Part shown: positions 58,301 through 64,000 of the stretch, piece after piece
How positions within the stretch are numbered: position 1 is the stretch's first letter
Layout of the letters: each line of letters starts with the position of its first letter
Assembly: GCA_963675745.2 (NCBI GenBank)
Contig: CAXXWX010000019.1
Coordinates: 128,001 to 192,000 of the forward strand
DNA from: Phycisphaerae bacterium
GTDB lineage: Bacteria > Planctomycetota > Phycisphaerae > UBA1845 > Fen-1342
DNA length: 64,000 nucleotides
Reading direction: 5' to 3'
Position numbers and translations under genes: made by a program
The notes under the pieces: model-generated
Databases searched by the model: none
What the model was told of the DNA's origin: nothing
The model's input: the letters and a program-made list of their open reading frames with translations, nothing else

Positions 58301-58534
58301 CTCGTGGCCCTTGGATTCACCTACCGTTCGACCTGGTGCCGCTACGCCGGCCTGGCGCTGCTTGCCTTCGGTTTGGCCAAGGTGCTGATCATCGACATGT
58401 CGGAGGTGCGTTACATCTATCGTGTGTTCTCGCTGCTGGGTGTTGGCCTGCTGCTCGTGGCCACATCGGTCGCCTACGGAAAACTGGCGCCGCGCCTGCT
58501 GGCGCGTCCCGACCCGCCGCCGCCGGGACCGTGA
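55340..58534 (+). CDS. DUF2339-family large membrane protein
   Basis: LEFTIGGRWMAWAG..FFVK N-motif; many TM segments; C-terminal KVLIIDMS..RVFSLLGVG. Confidence 0.85.
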   Translation: MDQDDLRLQLERLAKRLDRVEEMLNIRGDVDAPGESDEPSPTAAEQAAQAPPGPAWADKLSEIAAKRRADEITDEPGEPTETVKPSAVSAERRREGPSLEFTIGGRWMAWAGAIIVVIAVAFFVKLAVDEGWFGRLPPLAKCLLAAGFGGLLIAAGEWALRYVGRPAAVGLFGAGIGTLYLTSYATFRFFNLLDESGAFILLALTALFGIMLTVRARMLTIGVLSLTGGYLAPILLSGASTFVTALPTYLTALLAIALALSTWRDRPFRSLRYVALCAHAAVAALWALSEGREHVTVALSFMSLWWLMIAGEAMLTAWRGETATGNTVMSLLSTLWFVTVGCWVLADIDPGGRDWTGLFTLLVALAAATMAYANGPRLEALRAPPQTAIAKLAMALWAQVGVLLAVAIALQFEDYGQSIGWLALALAAVEIGRRLPSGNVAAFGLLVGALALIRVAALDPFLPALRTELCSLGDVSITHWSLLALAAICATHAAAHRIRLERKHLTNSLRAFLSCLSVAGWLGLCVVQCEDLAVPGGWLIAAVLLLGFERLGRAQRYLEAALLVLALTAAHWLINDAILGRLSPGWSPTSTWPLLNAQMAVAAAITAAGWWAARILSLREISTDEPQRHSHDVAWQAVLVCGAVLMLISLSMEVDRAVERVVAGVDVEWSVRHVRQLLLTILWAVGGLGLGMVGRALAGRQRDGQMFGVNLVIRFAWGMLLACAGKWIIIDCVVVGRLMDLERAATVAWPLLNTQMLAGGVVIGALLVFYITSGVAAAVGTAARDEGRSGWLTAAAWLPVAGCLMLLWGLTFELDRAIGRWEASRPEDWSPLWPAFQLRLLWWTALCAVGGLTMFVYGRFRARGPMVSGGVRLLFAMVCVWLVLDTLVERINQGVALVPVVFNLQFAVGALLIVLLVIAIRLARAEVVGAIVPHSVPLAWMLVGMLGLWLGTLELDRLFAPEAGRIQRAAMARHTALSVYWSVYAIVLVALGFTYRSTWCRYAGLALLAFGLAKVLIIDMSEVRYIYRVFSLLGVGLLLVATSVAYGKLAPRLLARPDPPPPGP

Positions 58535-58827
58535 CGCGTCAAGTCTGCAAGCAACGCAAGCGACGGGAAAGGTAGCGTAGGTCGAGCACAGAGAGGCCTG
58601 CCGGCGGATCAGGTCACCTATTCCCGTTGGCCAGCTGCATGCTGGCCACGGGTTTCGGCGACCGTGACCGGCGCGCTCCCACGCGGTATACTCACCGTTA
58701 TGTCGCACGGTGATATTGGTTGCCACGCACCGGACGCCGTGCCGGAGCCTGTGGTGAGAAACGCCGCGATACATCGCGATTCGCCAGCGCCCCGTGGGCG
58801 GAGGCGCCCTATTGGGGGGGCAGCAGC

Positions 58828-61269
58828 ATGAGCAGGTACGGGTTCTCGATTCGTTGTCCACATTGCTTCGAATGGAGTGACTGGCCAGACGCCGACCCTA
58901 AGGCGTACGTGCTTGAGTCGGAGGAGGACCGCCAGGAAATCGTCCAGCGGCTCTATAACGATCCACAGGGGTTCGCGGACAAGCGGATGCTTCGCTGCCA
59001 GTCACCGGGAGGTGATTGTCCTGCGCCATTTGAGGCCTTTATCTGCCCCGACCGCGACAGCGCACACGCGTTCGTAGAACAGATCCCGACCTGGGCGTTA
59101 CGGCGCGCGTTTCGCCTGCATAAGTTGAACCACCAATCACGCTGGCCAGAGTATGTCGCGGTCATCTGTTGCACTAAGCCCGTCGCTCGGCAGCGCTATA
59201 TCGAGCTTGAGAGGCTAATTGACAGGACGCTGCTTAGTCGGTCGATCGTTGGCATGGCAGAGGAAGTGGGCGCTCCGATCACGGTCTACGCTGCGAAGTT
59301 CTTCGAAGTTTACGGAAAAGTGCATAAGTTCTGGATCCCCGTCGAGGCATACCATCCGGATCGACCGCACATTCCTCCGCGGTATAACCTCTTCTGCGAA
59401 GAGTGCCGCGAGGCCACGATCGGGCCGCTTCTGGATAAGTTCGACGGCAGCGTGTCCACGGAGTCGTGCCCAATTGGATTTGGGCGCGATGGGCTCTGCG
59501 CCGGAGGCGAGGCCGCGTGTGAGGAAGGCGACTGGAATCGTTGTCCTGCGTTCCTTCAAGCGCGTCGGGATCACGGTCTTTGCTATTTGTCATACCAGCA
59601 GATCATCGACGAGCTTGAGCGTAAATGGGGCCAAAACGAGCTTAAGGAACCGAAGAACGAGAGGTGGCACTGCTGGGCGGGCTTTCGCGAGATCGCCGTG
59701 CCGATAGTCGTCCATGACCATCTGGTCGCCGTTGCCATGAGCGGCCAGATTGTCGAACGCCGGAGCAAGTTGCCGGACGTGCCCACGCTTGTCAAAGAGC
59801 ATAAGCTTCTGGCCCCGGGCGAAGCGCGTCTGGAATCCCTCGTGCAGTTGCTAGGAGGCCAACGACCGCCGCGTGACGATCGTGAACGGCACACGTTGGG
59901 ATTCTGCCTCACGCAGAAGGAGATCGCCGAGCGTGCAGGCCTGTTGCAGAAGAACATCGCCCGGATCGTCCTTGCCGCCACCGCGCACTACGGACATAAG
60001 CGCGCCCGCAGCGAAGCAGTGTTTCGCCACGAATTGCTCAGCCATGTCAACTCTCCTTCCAGCAGCCCGGTTTGGTACGAAGATCTGCTCTTGACGGTCT
60101 TGGAGCGCATGCGCGAGTTCTGGGCATTCAAGGCCACGTATCTGCTGCGCTGGGAACACGGGGCTGGCCGATTGTCGGCCACGGCGCGTAGCACTCAATC
60201 CGCCCCAGGGTTGGTGTTCTCCGATGGCGAGAAGGTGCTTGGAACAATCAAGGGTGGCCCAGCACAGACCCATCCGCTTCCCTACCTGTTTGATATCGCG
60301 CGCCAGGTTAGCCCTCCGAACACGTGGGTCAGGCGTTTTGGCGACATCTTGATGAATGCGCGCGTCGACCCTGACCTCCAGATCCCCCCGGGGCACGTCT
60401 ACTTTCTCGTATCGATTCCCTTTGCGGATGAGAGCTACGCGTTTGTCTTCGCAGTGCGGGATAACGAGGTGGTGAGCCCCCTGCGCCGTCTGCTCACAGC
60501 CGGGATAAGCGAGATCTGTCAGGAGGCCATCCTGGAAACCACGACGGCGGTGGCCCACGCGCTACGCGAATTGTATCAGCGGTTTGCCCGCGAGGAGCAT
60601 ATCAAGTATGACGCGTGGCGCCGGCTATCGGAACGCGTTGCCCACAAGATTGGCAACCGGGTATTCGCGGCATTGGGTGCGCATCGACGCCTGAAGCCGG
60701 CCATCACGGACAAGGCCGGCGATGCGCTGGACAAGATCCAGAGATGTCTCGTGCAGATCAATCGCGCGTGCAACGACTTCAAGCGCTTCAGCCGTTTGCC
60801 GCCGACTCGATTCGAGCAGACGAACATCGCCGCGTTGGTTAGGGAAGAGTTGCGCGAACACCAGGGCGATCTTGGGGACCGCTTCGTGGACGCTGATATC
60901 GCATCGGATTTGCCAACGTGTACGTGGGATGGCGACCAGATTCGGTATGCGCTTGCCGAGTTGCTCGACAACGCCGTTCACCACACCGCGGACCGTGACG
61001 CGTTGCGCATCAAGGTTCATCGCGCCGATGAGGATGATCCACCGAGCATCCGGATTCTCATCGAAAACCCCGGCGTGGGAATCGACACGAGCCTCAAAGA
61101 CAAAGTGTACGAACCATTCTTCACAACGCGACCAGACGGATCAGGGTTGGGACTTGCCATTGTCCACCAGATCGTCACACAGCACGGCGGAAAGATTCGG
61201 GAAGACGGCGAGCCTGGTCGGTACGCTCGCTTCGTGATCGAGTTACCGGTTCACCCTGAAATGGAGTAA
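58828..61269 (+). CDS. Soluble histidine kinase with Cys-rich N-terminus and PocR-like sensor
   Basis: CPHC; FCEECR..CWAGFREIAVPIVV..SGQ (PocR-like); AHKIGN, ELLDNA, NPGVGI, EPFFTT, GSGLGL. Confidence 0.88.
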   Translation: MSRYGFSIRCPHCFEWSDWPDADPKAYVLESEEDRQEIVQRLYNDPQGFADKRMLRCQSPGGDCPAPFEAFICPDRDSAHAFVEQIPTWALRRAFRLHKLNHQSRWPEYVAVICCTKPVARQRYIELERLIDRTLLSRSIVGMAEEVGAPITVYAAKFFEVYGKVHKFWIPVEAYHPDRPHIPPRYNLFCEECREATIGPLLDKFDGSVSTESCPIGFGRDGLCAGGEAACEEGDWNRCPAFLQARRDHGLCYLSYQQIIDELERKWGQNELKEPKNERWHCWAGFREIAVPIVVHDHLVAVAMSGQIVERRSKLPDVPTLVKEHKLLAPGEARLESLVQLLGGQRPPRDDRERHTLGFCLTQKEIAERAGLLQKNIARIVLAATAHYGHKRARSEAVFRHELLSHVNSPSSSPVWYEDLLLTVLERMREFWAFKATYLLRWEHGAGRLSATARSTQSAPGLVFSDGEKVLGTIKGGPAQTHPLPYLFDIARQVSPPNTWVRRFGDILMNARVDPDLQIPPGHVYFLVSIPFADESYAFVFAVRDNEVVSPLRRLLTAGISEICQEAILETTTAVAHALRELYQRFAREEHIKYDAWRRLSERVAHKIGNRVFAALGAHRRLKPAITDKAGDALDKIQRCLVQINRACNDFKRFSRLPPTRFEQTNIAALVREELREHQGDLGDRFVDADIASDLPTCTWDGDQIRYALAELLDNAVHHTADRDALRIKVHRADEDDPPSIRILIENPGVGIDTSLKDKVYEPFFTTRPDGSGLGLAIVHQIVTQHGGKIREDGEPGRYARFVIELPVHPEME

Positions 61270-61275
61270 CGCGCC

Positions 61276-61896
61276 ATGCGAGTTCTCGTGGTCGATGACC
61301 TGCCAGACGTGCTGGAAGAAATAACACGTGAGATTGTATCACGGTCCCCCCTGGGCGATGAAGTGCTCGAGGTGGTGCCAATATCCGACTACAGAGAGGT
61401 GCTGGCGCCTGAGTGGACGCAGTCGTTCGAGTTCCTGATTACTGACATGCGCATGGGCGCGCAGGGATTCGAGGGCCTTGCCGTGATTGAGCATGCTGGG
61501 CGACGCGCCGACGTCGTAATCGTCCTTACGGCCTACGCCAGTATTCCAAACTGCGTGCAGGCAATGCGCGCCGGGGCATGGGACTACATCGAGAAGTCGC
61601 CCGACGACGGGGATCCGTACGAACGCCTGCTTGACTCAATGGCTGCCGGATACGAGCATCGCAGCGAGCACCCGCAGCGCGGGCAGCCCAACCCGGACGA
61701 CGCATGGGTGCAACAGAATCTTGGCCAACTTATGCTCGATTACCCTGGGGAGGTCGTCGCAGTCCTCTACGAGAGCGTCATCGATCACGATCCCAGCTTC
61801 GCGAGGGTCTCGGCTCGCGTCAAGAAACAACACCCGCTTTCCCAGGCGACGTTCGTTGCTATCCCCGACGCACAAGCGGAGGAGGAGGCAATATGA
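61276..61896 (+). CDS. Response regulator with C-terminal DUF5678-like domain
   Basis: REC: VVDD, ITDMRM, LTAY, IEK; tail AWVQQNLGQLMLDYPGEVVAV..VIDHD. Confidence 0.85.
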   Translation: MRVLVVDDLPDVLEEITREIVSRSPLGDEVLEVVPISDYREVLAPEWTQSFEFLITDMRMGAQGFEGLAVIEHAGRRADVVIVLTAYASIPNCVQAMRAGAWDYIEKSPDDGDPYERLLDSMAAGYEHRSEHPQRGQPNPDDAWVQQNLGQLMLDYPGEVVAVLYESVIDHDPSFARVSARVKKQHPLSQATFVAIPDAQAEEEAI

Positions 61897-62363
61897 ACGC
61901 GATGCAAGGCCCGCCGCCCGGCTGGAACGGTATGACTTTCCAGAACGGCCGGCCTTATGGTGTGGATATCAGGCTCACACCACCATCCAGCCGCCGTCCC
62001 CCATGGATCGCCATTAGAATCGCCCGGGCTGGGACCACCGCTTTCAAGTGGATTCCTGGGAAGCTAGACACCGGCGCAAGCCGGACGGTGCTCACGCTCA
62101 GCGATGCCGAAACGCTCGGCATACGTAGGCCATGCCGGTCCGCGCTGAGCAAGGAGGAACTCCACGCAGCCAACAAGACGAAATTGACGTGTTATTTTCA
62201 TCGCGTAACCCTGCGCGTGGGCGCGAACCAGGGCACTCAGATTCAATTCCCGCTTGTGGTCGGCGTGGCCAAGAAGCTCTCCCACACTCTGTTCGGTTTC
62301 GACTGGACCTGGCATTGCTGCCTCGCAATCGATGCCACTTCCGTGCACTTGTTGCGGAACTGA
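61893..62363 (+). CDS. Retropepsin-like (clan AA) aspartic protease
   Basis: LDTGASRTVL..AETLGI..LFGFDW; ATGA overlap with upstream stop; GGAGG RBS. Confidence 0.82.
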   Translation: MNAMQGPPPGWNGMTFQNGRPYGVDIRLTPPSSRRPPWIAIRIARAGTTAFKWIPGKLDTGASRTVLTLSDAETLGIRRPCRSALSKEELHAANKTKLTCYFHRVTLRVGANQGTQIQFPLVVGVAKKLSHTLFGFDWTWHCCLAIDATSVHLLRN

Positions 62364-62618
62364 AAAGAGGTTGCCAGGAGTGGTCAGAACGGCACGTCTT
62401 GCTGCGCCCGACATGCCCTTCCAGATTGCTTCGCCCACCGGGTTCGCACTCCGCCGCCGCGGGATGCAACGGCTGGATCCCCCCCAAAGCGGCCGCTTTT
62501 TCACCCGGCGTAATTGCGATAAGATGCTCGCTTGCCGGCGATAGCGCGGGCGCGGTGGGAAGGGATTGGAGCCTTCACCGACCCGGCGCCGTTGTCGATC
62601 CACTTGCCAGGTACGCAT

Positions 62619-64000
62619 ATGGCACCAGATTTGCTCGACACTCAGGTGGAAGCTCTCACGCAACAACTTGGACGCGACATGTTTGCCCGCATGCGCGCGC
62701 TCGCTGCCGGCCCCCTTCAGTACGAATGGTGGGAAGAGCAGATGATGCAGCAGTTCATGCAGTACGAGTGGCTCAAGGTCCAGGCCTTTCGCTTCATCGA
62801 CGCGCTGCCGACTCTGCACGACGATGTCGAGGTCGCCCGGCACATGCGCGAGTATTTCGTGCATCCCAGCCACCGTGCGCGCGGCGGCGACCATAACGGC
62901 CACAACGGCGAGGCCGCCGCCGCCCTGGCGGAATTGCAGCCCCGGCGGTTTGAGGCGGCACTCTACGGGCTCGTCTCGCGGCTGATGGACTTTCACGAGC
63001 TTGACGGCTTGCGCGCCCGCTTCTTCGTGAACTTCTCGCGCTGGTCGACGCGCATGATGGCCGGGGGTTTCATCGCCGGCTCGAATATCACACAAGCCGT
63101 GCGGGCCATCCGCACGATGCGCGCGGGCCAATTGGCGTTCACGATTGATGTGCTCGGCGAGGCCGCCGTCTCGGGCATCGAGGCCGAGCAATACCAGCAG
63201 ACGTATCTGAACCTGATCGCCGAACTGCCCAAGCGCGCCGCCGAGTGGCCCGAGGTGCCGCTGGTGGATTGTGCCGACGGAGAGCCGATCCCGCGCGTCA
63301 ACGTGTCGGTCAAGGTCACTTCGCTCTACCCCGGTTTTGATGCGCTCGCGGGCCAGGCCGGCATCGACCGTGGTAAGGAGCTGCTGCGGCCGCTGCTGCG
63401 CAAAGCCATGGAAGGCGGTGTGCATCTGCACATCGACATGGAACACTACGCCATAAAGAACCTCACGCTCGACCTTTGTGAGCAGCTCTTCATGGAGGAC
63501 GAGTTCCGCGGCTATCCCCACTTCGGCATCGTGCTACAGGCGTATCTCAAGGACGGTGACGAAGACGCCCGGCGGACCGTCGAATACGCCAAGCGGCGCG
63601 GCACGCCCCTCTGGGTGCGGCTGGTCAAGGGGGCCTATTGGGACTCCGAGACCGTCTGGGCCCGGCAACGCGGGTGGCCGTGCCCGGTCTGGGAACAGAA
63701 ATGGCAGTCGGATGCCTGCTTCGAGCGCATGACGCGCGTGTTGCTGGAGAATCACGAGCACGTCTACAGCGCGTTCGCCAGTCACAACATCCGCAGCCTG
63801 TGCCACGCCCGCGCGCTGAAACAGTTGCTCGGGGTTCCACAGCGGGCGTTTGAGTGGCAGATGCTGTACGGCATGGGCGACGCGATGAAGCGCGCCGCCG
63901 TCCAGCTTGGCGAACGCTGCCGGGTGTACACGCCGTTCGGTGAGCTGATGCCGGGCATGGCGTATTTCATCCGCCGCCTGCTGGAAAACACCGCCAACGA
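62619..64000 (+). CDS. putA: Proline dehydrogenase / PutA, partial (runs off window)
   Basis: FRFIDALP, IDVLGEA, HIDMEHY, LQAYLKD, VRLVKGAYWD, ASHNIR, QMLYGM, AYFIRRLLENTAN. Confidence 0.92.
   Translation, partial: MAPDLLDTQVEALTQQLGRDMFARMRALAAGPLQYEWWEEQMMQQFMQYEWLKVQAFRFIDALPTLHDDVEVARHMREYFVHPSHRARGGDHNGHNGEAAAALAELQPRRFEAALYGLVSRLMDFHELDGLRARFFVNFSRWSTRMMAGGFIAGSNITQAVRAIRTMRAGQLAFTIDVLGEAAVSGIEAEQYQQTYLNLIAELPKRAAEWPEVPLVDCADGEPIPRVNVSVKVTSLYPGFDALAGQAGIDRGKELLRPLLRKAMEGGVHLHIDMEHYAIKNLTLDLCEQLFMEDEFRGYPHFGIVLQAYLKDGDEDARRTVEYAKRRGTPLWVRLVKGAYWDSETVWARQRGWPCPVWEQKWQSDACFERMTRVLLENHEHVYSAFASHNIRSLCHARALKQLLGVPQRAFEWQMLYGMGDAMKRAAVQLGERCRVYTPFGELMPGMAYFIRRLLENTAN

Noticed and set aside
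62064..63521. 485-aa minus-strand ORF
   Set aside because: Antisense shadow of putA, which is missing from the track only because it has no stop in the window

Overview
GC-rich bacterial window, most likely Planctomycetota (Phycisphaerae-like). This is inferred from the dockerin-type GDLNCDG..NNGDIDxFV tails, FGE-fold/PEP-CTERM proteins, Ser/Thr kinase-TPR genes, a DUF1559-type prepilin and a very long FliD. About 1-42 kb is a decaying accessory mosaic. It holds a UvrD-like helicase, an intact IS630, FGE-fold secreted proteins, two ADP-ribosylglycohydrolases with a DUF4291 remnant, an AAA ATPase/DUF3150 element fragment, an exported TPR-CHAT(PDZ) caspase-like protease, a fibre protein with its dockerin partner, two divergent kinase-TPR paralogs, IS4 and IS1380 fragments and a primase/helicase remnant with iteron-like repeats. 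About 43-64 kb is mostly core-like: prepilin, Gfo/Idh/MocA, fliS, fliD, RidA, HPP, GH127, DUF2339 and putA. Two things stand out. (1) Each kinase-TPR paralog is preceded by a conserved 18-aa aromatic micropeptide gene that the ORF track missed (MWPDPFYWLNFLFIFPWF and MWPDPWWLFNFFSIFPWW), with an RBS, synonymous divergence, a conserved promoter-like motif and a 12-bp hairpin; the TPR-CHAT gene has an analogous sORF-hairpin leader. (2) A tightly coupled three-gene unit encodes a Cys-rich PocR histidine kinase, a REC-DUF5678-like fusion and a retropepsin-like aspartic protease. All family calls are from motif recognition by eye; no searches were run.
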